This document shows, in pieces, positions 50,510 through 60,635 of a stretch of DNA of 64,000 bases. The stretch's first letter is position 1. Each line of letters opens with the position of its first letter. The DNA is from Microcoleus sp. (GTDB taxonomy: Bacteria > Cyanobacteriota > Cyanobacteriia > Cyanobacteriales > Microcoleaceae). Position numbers and translations under genes: made by a program. Under the pieces are notes generated by a model, which was not told where the DNA came from, ran no database searches, and saw nothing but the letters and a program-made list of their open reading frames with translations. The stretch covers positions 241,797 to 305,796 of the forward strand of contig JAYFMW010000007.1 of the NCBI GenBank assembly GCA_042408215.1, written 5' to 3'.

Positions 50510-51154
50510 ATGGTAAATTACAGAACTGTTTTTTTGTTCAATAGCTTAACTTTACTGCTGGTAGGGCTAGTGACCTTGTGTCTTAGTTTATTCGGTTCTT
50601 CGGTAAAAGGGCTATTTTTCCCGCCTTGTCTTGCGACATATCCGGGTGCGGGTTTCTTATTTCTGATGTTCCAAATGCTGTTTTATTTCTCTGTGATGAT
50701 TTGCATTTTTAGCTTTGGTTTGCTAAGAACTACTCAACCGAATCGTCCCGAAAATCAGTTTATTTTAGGTTCAGCCCTAGTTACGGGCTTTTTCCTGTTC
50801 AATGAAGTTTTCCGCACCCACGTTCACCTCGGACGCGCTGGCTTTCCTAAAGTTACAATAGTGATTATCTACGCTGTTGCTGCCGCAGCTTATGGATTAA
50901 CTTTTAGGAGGAAAATCAAATCAACGCCTTACTTTTTGTTAGTAAGTGGCGTTGGTTTATTATTGTTGGCTTTTTTTGCGGAAGCATTACCGTTGAAAGA
51001 TGAGGTAATTTCCAGTTTGGTTGAGGGTATTCCTAAGTTGTTAAGTGGGGTCAATATTGCGCTTTATTTTTGGTTTGTTTGCCAGGGTTTGATACTGCGC
51101 TCGCTCAATTTTTCTAACAAGACATCAAATCCCGAATTAAGTAAGTTTAATTAG
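50510..51154 (+). CDS. Hypothetical integral membrane protein
   Basis: About 6 hydrophobic segments. Confidence 0.7.
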   Translation: MVNYRTVFLFNSLTLLLVGLVTLCLSLFGSSVKGLFFPPCLATYPGAGFLFLMFQMLFYFSVMICIFSFGLLRTTQPNRPENQFILGSALVTGFFLFNEVFRTHVHLGRAGFPKVTIVIIYAVAAAAYGLTFRRKIKSTPYFLLVSGVGLLLLAFFAEALPLKDEVISSLVEGIPKLLSGVNIALYFWFVCQGLILRSLNFSNKTSNPELSKFN

Positions 51155-51233
51155 AGCGGGGCGGGTTTACAAACTCGTTAGTTTTAGACATAGACAGTTG
51201 GTAAAACCCGCCCCTACATGATTGTAGAATCGG

Positions 51234-52958
51234 TTAAAACAAAAAGTATCGCTGAGCCATTGGCAAAACAGTTGCCGGTTCGCAAGTTAACAATTCTCCA
51301 TCCGCCCTCACTTCATAGGTTTCTGGATCGACTTCCATTTCTGGCAAATAATCGTTGAGTTTCATGTCTCTTTTACTAATTTGTCGCGTGCCGGAAACTG
51401 CTACAGTTGGCTTTTGTAAACCTAGCTGTGTGGCAATATTGCGATCGCACGCAGCCTGAGAAACAAACGTCAGACAAGTCGCCCCAATCGCACCGCCAAA
51501 ACTCCCAAACATCGGCCGCATATGGACTGGCTGCGGCGTAGGAATGCTGGCGTTAGCATCTCCCATCTGCGAATAGGCGATCGCACCTCCCTTAATCACC
51601 ATTTCCGGTTTCACCCCAAAAAATGCCGATCGCCACAAACACAAATCCGCCAATTTCCCCTCTTCCACCGAACCAACATACTGACTAATTCCGTGAGTAA
51701 TCGCCGGATTAATGGTGTATTTTGCAATATACCGCTTTGCTCGAAAATTGTCATTTCCACTACTTGTGGGATGGGCATCTTGCCCGTCCAAATGCCCCCT
51801 TTGCACCTTCATTTTATGAGCCGTTTGCCAAGTCCGAATAATCACTTCCCCAACCCTTCCCATCGCCTGAGAATCAGAAGAAATCATACTAAAAGCACCC
51901 AAATCGTGCAAAATATCTTCAGCAGCAATCGTTTCTCTTCTAATTCTCGATTCAGCAAAAGCCACATCTTCAGGAATGCCTCGATCCAAATGGTGACAAA
52001 CCATCAACATATCTAAATGTTCTTCTAAAGTATTGACAGTGTAAGGGCGAGTCGGGTTAGTTGACGAGGGCAAAACATTAGCTTGGCCGCACACTTTAAT
52101 AATATCCGGTGCGTGTCCGCCGCCAGCACCTTCGGTGTGGTAAGTGTGAATAGCGCGATTTTTAAATGCGGCAATTGTAGCTTCCACAAATCCCGCTTCA
52201 TTGAGAGTATCAGTGTGAATTGCAACTTGCACATCGTACTCGTCAGCTACACTCAAACAAGTGTCAATTGTTGCTGGTGTAGTTCCCCAATCTTCGTGGA
52301 GTTTCAAACCCATTGCACCGGCCAATATTTGTTCAATTAATGCTTGGGGTTGACTGCTATTTCCTTTACCTAAAAATCCTAGATTGACTGGGAAAGCGTC
52401 GGCGGCTTGTAGCATTCGGTACATATGCCAAGGCCCGGGAGTGCAAGTTGTGGCGTTAGTACCCGTTGCGGGGCCTGTACCGCCGCCGATCATGGTAGTG
52501 ATTCCAGAGGCGATCGCCACTTCAATTTGCTGCGGACAAATAAAGTGAATGTGAGTGTCAATTCCCCCAGCGGTGAGAATCATTCCTTCGCCCGCAATTA
52601 CTTCAGTACCAGGCCCGATAATAATATCTACTCTGTCTTGAATGTAAGGATTTCCGGCTTTACCAATCTTGAAGATCTTGCCGTCTTTAATCCCAACATC
52701 TGCTTTAACAATGCCCCACCAATCCAATATTAAAGCATTAGTAATTACCGTGTCAACAGCACCATCAGCATTAGAAATTGGCGATTGTCCCATACCGTCG
52801 CGGATGACTTTACCGCCACCAAATTTGACTTCATCGCCGTAGATTGTGAAATCTTGTTCAACTTCGATGAATAATTCGGTATCGGCTAACCGGACGCGAT
52901 CGCCCACTGTCGGCCCGAAAGTTTCCGCATAAGCGCGGCGTTCCATTCTGTAACTCAT
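51234..52958 (-). CDS. ureC: Urease subunit alpha
   Basis: [35 protein letters not shown] (ORF track start 52967). Confidence 0.98.
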   Translation of the reverse strand: MSYRMERRAYAETFGPTVGDRVRLADTELFIEVEQDFTIYGDEVKFGGGKVIRDGMGQSPISNADGAVDTVITNALILDWWGIVKADVGIKDGKIFKIGKAGNPYIQDRVDIIIGPGTEVIAGEGMILTAGGIDTHIHFICPQQIEVAIASGITTMIGGGTGPATGTNATTCTPGPWHMYRMLQAADAFPVNLGFLGKGNSSQPQALIEQILAGAMGLKLHEDWGTTPATIDTCLSVADEYDVQVAIHTDTLNEAGFVEATIAAFKNRAIHTYHTEGAGGGHAPDIIKVCGQANVLPSSTNPTRPYTVNTLEEHLDMLMVCHHLDRGIPEDVAFAESRIRRETIAAEDILHDLGAFSMISSDSQAMGRVGEVIIRTWQTAHKMKVQRGHLDGQDAHPTSSGNDNFRAKRYIAKYTINPAITHGISQYVGSVEEGKLADLCLWRSAFFGVKPEMVIKGGAIAYSQMGDANASIPTPQPVHMRPMFGSFGGAIGATCLTFVSQAACDRNIATQLGLQKPTVAVSGTRQISKRDMKLNDYLPEMEVDPETYEVRADGELLTCEPATVLPMAQRYFLF

Positions 52959-53031
52959 ATTAATCAACTCCTCATCAGATTTTCGAGAATTTTTGTCATT
53001 GCCCCAATGCTTGAGTATACATTGATTTATG

Positions 53032-53703
53032 CTAAAATTTTTCCGTGTGTATACCTTCTATAAACTCAACAAATGGTTTGAAACATTGAGTACATTTATC
53101 GGCAATTTCTTGATACGAAGTCTTCCGTAGTATCAATTGTGGGTCCACTTTTTTATTGTATTTTTTGCCAGAATCGCGGAAAAGTTGCTCTACAATTTCC
53201 GAGGGGGGGCGATCGTGATTTTGGTCTTCTACTGGTATTGTCCAGGTGACAGCTAGAGAAGTAACTCCTAGTTTATCTCGTAATGCAGATTCAGCCGCCA
53301 AAATCAAAGCTTCCATTTCGTATTTAAAACAAAAAACTTTGAAGCGTTCTTTGAGACGTTCATCCTGAATACCTTTCTTTTGTAATGCTTGAGAAAAATT
53401 CTCCATAATTCCCGTTTTTAGCTGTTGAAAAGTCTCATGGGGAAACCCTTTATTCCTAGGATATAAGTCTGGTAAAATAATTGCAATTGAATTCGGATTA
53501 TTGCAAAGAATATTAACAGCTTTTGTTGGAGCATTCAGCAGCAAATCTTTTTTAGCGTCACCTCCTCTATCATTGTTCTTTCCTTTGATTGGAAAAAACT
53601 CTATACTGACACCTTCTTCAGATTTTTTGTCAATCAAATTTACTAACAATGCTTCCATTGCATTTTTATCTGATGGCCCTTCTACATAGATAATTACCCT
53701 CAT
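53032..53703 (-). CDS. DUF4276-like (TOPRIM/RloB-like) protein
   Basis: IYVEGPSD start, [14 protein letters not shown]; 4-nt overlap with the upstream ATPase. Confidence 0.75.
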   Translation of the reverse strand: MRVIIYVEGPSDKNAMEALLVNLIDKKSEEGVSIEFFPIKGKNNDRGGDAKKDLLLNAPTKAVNILCNNPNSIAIILPDLYPRNKGFPHETFQQLKTGIMENFSQALQKKGIQDERLKERFKVFCFKYEMEALILAAESALRDKLGVTSLAVTWTIPVEDQNHDRPPSEIVEQLFRDSGKKYNKKVDPQLILRKTSYQEIADKCTQCFKPFVEFIEGIHTEKF

Positions 53704-54842
53704 GGTAGAAGCTCCAATTCATCACTGCGGTGGAGTTTTTCAATTTCCTCTGTCCCAAAGTCATCAAGCATATCTGTTAAAACTTTGGAATTACCAGGTT
53801 TAATAAACTTTGATTCTCCATTCTCCTTTCGCATGACAGCAATTTGGGAAATATCAAATTGGGTTAAAAAATAAGAAGAATGAGTAGCCAAAAGAACCTG
53901 AGTGCGTTCAGCAGCTTTTTCAAACAATCCTGCTAAAAGAGGGAGTGTCCGAGGATGAACACCTTGATCCGGCTCATCAATACAAATTAGAGAGGGTGGT
54001 TTCGGGTGCAAACAAAGACAAATCCAACAAATTAATCTTAGAATACCATCGGATAAATCCGCAAGACTTAAATCCTGGTTAATCCCCTTTTCCTGCCAAA
54101 ATGCGATAACTTCCCCAGGCCCGCCGCGAGCTTTTACAGTCAATTTTTTGAATCCTGGAATAACTGATTGTAAATGTTGTTGCAGGTCATCAAAAACGGC
54201 GCTATGTTCAGTCATTAAATAGTGTAATACTGAACTCAAATTGCCTGCATCTTCATCCAACACTGGTTCTTGTTCAATGAGAACTGATTTGCGAATTTTG
54301 TGATTAGCAATGTTAAATGAACTGTAAAATTTCCACTCCCCGATATACTCTCGTAGTTTATAAAGAGTTGCTAAACCTGGATTTGTTATTGTCCTGAGTG
54401 CGAGTTGATTGCGTTTGGGAAATACGCGATTTGTCTCTGCATATCCTGGTTCGCGATACAAACCTTCAGTACCTTTAATATCCATGAACAAATGTTGAGA
54501 TGACTCAACTCGCTCGAAAGAAATTTGCGGATTGCTTCTCGGTCCCATGAGTTCTCCTTGATAGGAGATATTAGACTCACCTGTATCAATTTTAAGCTCC
54601 CATTCAAACTTTTCTGAGCCGGGAAGATGAAAAATCTGTTGACCGATAGAACCCTTAATAATTTCGTTAGGAATCTCGCTTTCCATACTGTCGGTCAAAA
54701 ATTTTAGAAACTCAAACAGGCTTGATTTCCCAGAACCATTAGCTCCGACAATAATTTCTAGTGGTTCCAATGGAGCAGTAAAATCTCGGAATGGTCTATA
54801 ACCTTGAATTTTGATTGAGGTTATTCGAGAGTGCGGTGTCAT
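53700..54842 (-). CDS. ABC-type AAA ATPase (AAA_21/AAA_15-like)
   Basis: GANGSGKS, LSDG, ICIDEPD, ATHS (ORF track start 54902). Confidence 0.88.
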   Translation of the reverse strand: MTPHSRITSIKIQGYRPFRDFTAPLEPLEIIVGANGSGKSSLFEFLKFLTDSMESEIPNEIIKGSIGQQIFHLPGSEKFEWELKIDTGESNISYQGELMGPRSNPQISFERVESSQHLFMDIKGTEGLYREPGYAETNRVFPKRNQLALRTITNPGLATLYKLREYIGEWKFYSSFNIANHKIRKSVLIEQEPVLDEDAGNLSSVLHYLMTEHSAVFDDLQQHLQSVIPGFKKLTVKARGGPGEVIAFWQEKGINQDLSLADLSDGILRLICWICLCLHPKPPSLICIDEPDQGVHPRTLPLLAGLFEKAAERTQVLLATHSSYFLTQFDISQIAVMRKENGESKFIKPGNSKVLTDMLDDFGTEEIEKLHRSDELELLP

Positions 54843-54880
54843 TTCGCTACCTGTCGTTTTAGTAATATTGTTGATAATAC

Positions 54881-54979
54881 AGGACTTACGCACGGCCGCC
54901 AAAAACCAGGTTTCTCTGTCAATATCTCTCGCATAGATGCAGGATTTTTCTCAGAAACCGGGTTTTTGGCGTAAGTCCT
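54881..54979. repeat. MITE/REP-like element with AGGACTTACGC/GCGTAAGTCCT ends
   Basis: Terminal inverted repeats plus inner aaaaacc.ggtttct/agaaaccgggttttt; second copy at 56374-56470. Confidence 0.75.
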
Positions 54980-54998
54980 ATAATAGTCGAATTGTTTC

Positions 54999-55310
54999 TC
55001 ACCCATCTAACTCACCATTAATCTTACCATTAAAGCCGTAGACTTCACGACTACCGACAAAAGGTACTAATTGCACTTCCCTTTCATCTCCCGGTTCAAA
55101 CCTGACTGCTGTACCTGCGGGGATATCCAACCGCATTCCTTTTGCTTGTTCTCGATTAAATTCTAATGCTTCATTGGTTTCATAAAAGTGATAGTGGGAG
55201 CCGACTTGGATGGGTCGATCGCCTGTATTTCCTACCAGCAGCCGCACTGTTTCACGCCCTGCATTTAGTTCGATTTCACCTGCTAAAACAATCATTTCCC
55301 CTGGAATCAT
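54999..55310 (-). CDS. ureB: Urease subunit beta
   Basis: [37 protein letters not shown]. Confidence 0.98.
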   Translation of the reverse strand: MIPGEMIVLAGEIELNAGRETVRLLVGNTGDRPIQVGSHYHFYETNEALEFNREQAKGMRLDIPAGTAVRFEPGDEREVQLVPFVGSREVYGFNGKINGELDG

Positions 55311-55343
55311 CTTTTGCTCCTGTGAGTTGATGCGGTTAATTTT

Positions 55344-55646
55344 TTAACGGATCGGATCGTGTACTGTAACGAGTTTAGTTCCATCGGGAAAAGTCGCCTC
55401 TACCTGGACTTCATGCACCATTTCCGGTATCCCTTCCATCACATCTGCTCGCGTCAAAAGAGTTGTTCCGTAACTCATTAAATCGGCGACGGTGAGGCCG
55501 TCTCTGGCTCCTTCTAAAATGGCGGCGGAAATGTAGGCTAGTGCTTCTGGATAGTTTAATTTTAAACCTCTTTGTTTCCGGCGCTCTGCTACTAGGGCGG
55601 CAGTGAAAATCAGCAGTTTGTCTTTTTCTTGGGGGGTGAGTTGCAT
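55344..55646 (-). CDS. ureA: Urease subunit gamma
   Basis: [31 protein letters not shown]. Confidence 0.98.
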   Translation of the reverse strand: MQLTPQEKDKLLIFTAALVAERRKQRGLKLNYPEALAYISAAILEGARDGLTVADLMSYGTTLLTRADVMEGIPEMVHEVQVEATFPDGTKLVTVHDPIR

Positions 55647-55693
55647 TTTTATTCTTGTGAGTGCGATCGCATTATTTGCTTAATTTTAAACTA

Positions 55694-56026
55694 TTATTGA
55701 ACAATTTTTTTAAGTTCAACTATCGGCGACGGCAAATCATCGGTAATTACATCCCAAACTGTATCTAAATTCACATCAAAGTAACCATGAATGAGGCGAT
55801 TCCTCATACCGATAACTTGCGACCACGGGATTTGTGGTAATTCCTTTTGACGGTCTGTACTGATGCGAGAAGCAGCCTCGCCGACAATCTCAATACACTT
55901 GACCAAAGATAGTGTTAACATCCGGTTATTGTCAAGATATGTCCTGCTTTTGTTTTCGGAAAATAATACAGCCTCTTTTGCTGCATCCAGCATATGATGC
56001 AGACGAGTATTATTATCTATGAACAT
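55694..56026 (-). CDS. HEPN/DUF86 (HepT-like) RNase toxin
   Basis: IVGEAA, RNRLIHGY (RX4HXY); overlaps the upstream MNT gene. Confidence 0.9.
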   Translation of the reverse strand: MFIDNNTRLHHMLDAAKEAVLFSENKSRTYLDNNRMLTLSLVKCIEIVGEAASRISTDRQKELPQIPWSQVIGMRNRLIHGYFDVNLDTVWDVITDDLPSPIVELKKIVQ

Positions 56027-56339
56027 ACAACACCTGTGCTGAATCAAGAACTTTTTGCCGAAAATATTGACTCAGTTCGGCCGGCGTTCGCAAATCTACT
56101 TGACGTCCTAACATTTCTGTTAGTTCAATTTCCATAGTGACTATCCGCCATCCGATTTTGTGTCCTGGGATAAATTCTACCAGCAAGTCAATGTCACTGT
56201 CGGGTCTAAAGTCGCTTCGCAGGATTGAACCGAAAAGAGAAAGTTTGGCGATCGCATTTTTTTGACAAAACTCAGCTATCTGGTCATGGGGAATATTAAT
56301 GGGAAGTTGTTTGTCTGGTTCTGAGGTCGTGAGTTGCAT
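56013..56339 (-). CDS. Minimal nucleotidyltransferase (MntA-like) antitoxin
   Basis: LFGSILRSDFRPDSDIDLL (GSX10DXD), GRQVDL. Confidence 0.9.
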   Translation of the reverse strand: MQLTTSEPDKQLPINIPHDQIAEFCQKNAIAKLSLFGSILRSDFRPDSDIDLLVEFIPGHKIGWRIVTMEIELTEMLGRQVDLRTPAELSQYFRQKVLDSAQVLYVHR

Positions 56340-56373
56340 TTTATTTACTATAGTTAGGAAGGCAACTATACAC

Positions 56374-56470
56374 AGGACTTACGCACGGGGGCAAAAACCC
56401 GGTTTCTGCCTCAATATTTATCGAAAAAAGCGATGATTTTTGGAAGAAACCGGGTTTTTGTGTAAGTCCT
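56374..56470. repeat. MITE/REP-like element, second copy
   Basis: Homologous to 54881-54979. Confidence 0.75.
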
Positions 56471-56494
56471 ATACATTGAAACTCAAATGTATTC

Positions 56495-57370
56495 CTATTT
56501 TATCCAAACGCGCGGCAAACAGCAAGGGCGTTCTGAAAAAGATAAGCGCAGCAAGTGCCAAATGCTGACAAACCAGTCTCTAGCTGCGGTGGTGGAGGCA
56601 CCGCGATATCGACACAGCAAACCGTTAGGAATACGAGTAACACCGATGGTACAATTCCCAGGGTAAATTGTTGCCTCAGATGGCAAAGCTCGTACTTTTT
56701 CTACGAGTTCTGCTGTGACGGTTTCGCCAACCCAAGCGAGGGTTGCGACTACGGGTTTTCCTGCTAAACCGTGAGGACTTTCGAGCATTTTTTCCCCGCC
56801 TTTGAGCAATTGTCTGTCAATCCATAAGGGGCTGTTTTGTTGCCAGATTTCGGTGTGCGATCGCCATTTTCCAGACAAGAATTTCTCGCCCCTAGCACTG
56901 CGTCCAAATCGGGTAATTTCCCACAGTAAAATACTCGCTTTTGGTGCTAATTCTACCCGCAAATTTTGCTGATAAATTGCGCCGTCAAAAACTATTGTTT
57001 CCTGTGGTAGCCATTCTAAATTAGCACCTAGTTCTAGTTTGATGTCAATATTTTGTTGTGATTCTAGTCCGTTACTGCGATAGATTTTAGCAGCAGCGGC
57101 GCTGGTAATCAAGGCTTTGGCGTTGGGTTGGAGGTGAAAATGACTCGAAAGCCGATCGCCCCCAACAACTCCTCCCGCCGTGTGTAAAATGACGCTGTGA
57201 CAAACCTCCTTACCTTCAGGATAGAACGGGCGCTGCACTTTCAGCGGTGCTTGCATTTGATTTTGGATGATTTGAGTTGAGCCATCGCGGTTGGCATAGA
57301 CTAAATTGAGGCGGCCGTGCCATCCATTTTGAAGGTTATTTGTAGGTGTTTCAGTCGAGTTTTGAATCAC
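56495..57370 (-). CDS. ureD: Urease accessory protein UreD
   Basis: APLKVQRPFYPEG, HTAGGVVGGD, EWLPQETI, PRVW. Confidence 0.96.
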   Translation of the reverse strand: MIQNSTETPTNNLQNGWHGRLNLVYANRDGSTQIIQNQMQAPLKVQRPFYPEGKEVCHSVILHTAGGVVGGDRLSSHFHLQPNAKALITSAAAAKIYRSNGLESQQNIDIKLELGANLEWLPQETIVFDGAIYQQNLRVELAPKASILLWEITRFGRSARGEKFLSGKWRSHTEIWQQNSPLWIDRQLLKGGEKMLESPHGLAGKPVVATLAWVGETVTAELVEKVRALPSEATIYPGNCTIGVTRIPNGLLCRYRGASTTAARDWFVSIWHLLRLSFSERPCCLPRVWIK

Positions 57371-57420
57371 AGATTTTTAGAAGTCAAGAATAGACACTTT
57401 CAAAAATATCGATCGCTCCC

Positions 57421-57657
57421 CGTAGGGACACGGCAAGAGCCCAAGGCGTGTCAATTTAAGCCGAAAGCCTTGATAAATCTCGTTTTTACCCCAGTCTAGA
57501 TCCCCCTAAATCCCCCTTAAGAAGGGGGACTTTGAGAAGACTCCTGTCCCCCCCTTCTTAAGGGGGGCTAGGGGGGATCGAATCTTAATCGTCAAAGAGT
57601 AGACTGATACTACCTTTGAGTTTAAGTTGACACTAATAGGCATTGCCGTGTCCCTAC
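57421..57657. repeat. Nested composite repeat, second copy
   Basis: Homologous to 18959-19220. Confidence 0.75.
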
Positions 57658-57731
57658 TACTGGGATACGCTGTAACAATAATACAAGATAGCAGATTATA
57701 CTAATTAATATGCGTTTTAAATTATCCTCCC

Positions 57732-60446
57732 ATGCCAGCCACCCCTGAAAGCCTCCAGAAATTCGTCACCTACTGCCAACAACACATTACAGGCGATGAA
57801 AAAGGACAAGCACAAGTATTTTTAGACCGCTTCTTTCGGGCTTTCGGCCACGAGGGGGCATTAGAAGCTGGCGCAACCTATGAGGAACGCATCGAGAAAA
57901 GCAGCAAAAAAGGTCAAATGGGATTTGCTGATTTGGTGTGGAAAAAGCACGTTTTGATTGAAATGAAAAAGCGCGGCGAAGACTTGACTAAAAGAGAACA
58001 CCGCACCCAAACAGAACGCTATTATATTCGCCTCAAAAAAGACGATCGCCCGCGCTACGTGATGATGTGCAATTTTGACGAGTTTCACATTTACGATTTC
58101 GACCTTCAGCCGGATCAGCCTGTAGACATTATATCCCTAAAGCAATTGCCCGCGCGATCGCCCGCTTTTGCCTTCATGGAATCTACCAGCCGCCGCCCCA
58201 TATTCAAAAACAACCAAGTCGAGATTACCGAAAAAGCTGCTAGCAGAATGGGGATGCTGCTGGAAATGTTAATTGAGCGCGGTAAAGAGCGCAAATTTGC
58301 TAAATTTAATCAGTTTCAGGCCCAGCGATTTGTGTTGCAATGCGTCTTAGCAATGTTTGCCGAAGATAGGGGACTTTTGCCGCCTGCACTCTTTACTCGC
58401 TGCGTCAAAGATTGCCTAGAAGGAGCAAGTTCTTATGATGTCTTGGGCGGCTTATTTCAAGCAATGAATCAGCAGGGAATTACCCCCGCAGGACGTTATG
58501 AAGGAGTCGAGTATTTCAACGGCGGATTATTTTCTGAAATACACCCCATTGAACTGCAACAGGGAGAGTTGAAAATATTAGAAGTTTGTGCAGAACAAAA
58601 TTGGAGTCAGGTACGCCCTTCTATTTTTGGCAATATCTTTGAATCGGCTTTGAAAACAGATAAAAAACAGCGCCGCGCCTACGGGATTCACTTTACTACT
58701 GAGGGAGACATTCGCCGCATTGTTTTGCCCACAATTAGCTATTATTGGGAAGAGCGAATTAATGCTGCAAATACGGTAGCAAAACTGCAAAATCTGCACC
58801 AAGAATTAGGTCGCTATCGCGTCCTAGATCCAGCTTGCGGTTCCGGGAATTTTCTGTATGTAGCTTATCAGGAACTGAAGCAAGTTGAAAAGTTACTTTT
58901 AGATAAGCTAAACGAGTGCGACGGTACAAGAGGTTATATGAATTTAGTCACGCCGCAGCAATTTTACGGCATGGATGTTAACTCGTTTGCGGTGGAGTTG
59001 GCGCGGGTGACGCTGATGATTGGCCGCAAAGTGGCGATCGACAATTTGGGATTGAAAGAACCTTCTTTGCCTTTGGATACTTTGGATAAAAATATTGTCT
59101 GTGCTGATGCTTTATTTACTGATTGGGTGAAGGCTGACGCGATTATCGGGAATCCGCCATTTTTAGGCGGAAAGCACATGAGGATTGCCCTGGGAGATGA
59201 ATATATTGACCGCGTGTTTAAACGCTTTCCTGATGTGAAAGATTCGGTGGATTTTTGTGCTTATTGGTTTCGCATTGCTCACAATAATTTAGAACTAAAT
59301 GGCAGGGCTGGTTTAGTGGCTACGAATTCAATTAGTCAAGGTAAAAGTCGTGCTGCTGCTTTAGATTATGTCGCGCAAAATGGCGGTCACATTTATGCGG
59401 CAGTTTCTACTCAGCCTTGGTCTGGGGAAGCTAAGGTTCATGTTAGTTTGATTAACTGGAGCAAGGAAAAACAGAAAGTTTACTATTTAGATAATCTCGT
59501 GGTTTCCAGTATTAACTCTTCGCTGCAAGCTACGATTGATGTTTCTCAAGCTGCTAGGTTGTCAGCGAACTCAAACAAATGCTTTCAAGGTGTAATTCCG
59601 GTTGGCAAAGGATTCATTGTTACTCAGCAACAAGTTGAAGATTGGATTAAAGCAAATGTCAAAAATCAAGAGGTGCTTAAACTTTATTCAAGCGGGGAAA
59701 GTTTATCACACAATCCTAACGGTATGCCGGAACGCTGGATTATTGACTTCAATGATATGAGCATTGAAAAAGCCAGTGAATACGTGCTGCCTTTTGAATA
59801 CGTGAAAGCTAATGTAAAGCCTGAACGGGATGATAATCGGAGAGAAGTAACTAAACTTAATTGGTGGAGATATGGGGAAAAACGACCTGCAATGAGAAAG
59901 GCGATCGCGTCTTTGTCTTGCTGCTATTTTAATGTTTCGCGAGTTTCCAAGTGGTTTATTTTTATTCCTGTTGATTGTAGCTGCCTACCAGCAGACTCAA
60001 CTACAGTAGTTGTTTCAGAAGACTTTTACATTCTTGGCATTATCACATCTAAAGTTCATCGTCTTTGGGTAAAAGCTCAAAGCTCTACCCTGAAAGGTGA
60101 TATTCGCTACACCCACAATACCTGCTTTGAAACTTTCCCCTTTCCCCAGACAGCAGCGAAGCAATTAGTAGAGGAAATTCGGGCAACTGCGGTGGAATTG
60201 CACCAATATCGCACTCAACAAATGTCAGCGAAACAGTGGGGAATTACTCAACTTTACAATAAGTTTTTTGAAGAACCAACAAGTCAACTCTTTAAACTTC
60301 ATGCTAAGCTCGATCGGCAAGTAATCCAAGCTTACGGATTTACTGACAGTGACAATATCTTAGACCAATTGCTGGTATTAAATCTAGAACTAGCAGAAAC
60401 CGAAAAACAAGGCGAGCCAATAGTTGGGCCCACGGCCCCAAATTAA
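57732..60446 (+). CDS. MmeI-like type IIL/IIG fused restriction endonuclease-N6-adenine methyltransferase
   Basis: N-terminal AD..(x)EMK nuclease motif, DPACGSGNF, GNPPF, C-terminal RYT..CFETFPFP. Confidence 0.88.
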   Translation: MPATPESLQKFVTYCQQHITGDEKGQAQVFLDRFFRAFGHEGALEAGATYEERIEKSSKKGQMGFADLVWKKHVLIEMKKRGEDLTKREHRTQTERYYIRLKKDDRPRYVMMCNFDEFHIYDFDLQPDQPVDIISLKQLPARSPAFAFMESTSRRPIFKNNQVEITEKAASRMGMLLEMLIERGKERKFAKFNQFQAQRFVLQCVLAMFAEDRGLLPPALFTRCVKDCLEGASSYDVLGGLFQAMNQQGITPAGRYEGVEYFNGGLFSEIHPIELQQGELKILEVCAEQNWSQVRPSIFGNIFESALKTDKKQRRAYGIHFTTEGDIRRIVLPTISYYWEERINAANTVAKLQNLHQELGRYRVLDPACGSGNFLYVAYQELKQVEKLLLDKLNECDGTRGYMNLVTPQQFYGMDVNSFAVELARVTLMIGRKVAIDNLGLKEPSLPLDTLDKNIVCADALFTDWVKADAIIGNPPFLGGKHMRIALGDEYIDRVFKRFPDVKDSVDFCAYWFRIAHNNLELNGRAGLVATNSISQGKSRAAALDYVAQNGGHIYAAVSTQPWSGEAKVHVSLINWSKEKQKVYYLDNLVVSSINSSLQATIDVSQAARLSANSNKCFQGVIPVGKGFIVTQQQVEDWIKANVKNQEVLKLYSSGESLSHNPNGMPERWIIDFNDMSIEKASEYVLPFEYVKANVKPERDDNRREVTKLNWWRYGEKRPAMRKAIASLSCCYFNVSRVSKWFIFIPVDCSCLPADSTTVVVSEDFYILGIITSKVHRLWVKAQSSTLKGDIRYTHNTCFETFPFPQTAAKQLVEEIRATAVELHQYRTQQMSAKQWGITQLYNKFFEEPTSQLFKLHAKLDRQVIQAYGFTDSDNILDQLLVLNLELAETEKQGEPIVGPTAPN

Positions 60447-60635
60447 GCGAAAATACTAATCGCAATGTAACGAATTTTGTCGTTATGGGTAAAATCACAT
60501 AAACAGTTGATACAGATCACAAATCGCCTGGTCTCAAAACAGAGATACTTAATCAGAAACCCTCCAAACTAGGCGGGAAAATAGCGATCCCCGAAACAGA
60601 AGAGGTATTTAGCGATCGCCTTGGGAGGAATTGCG

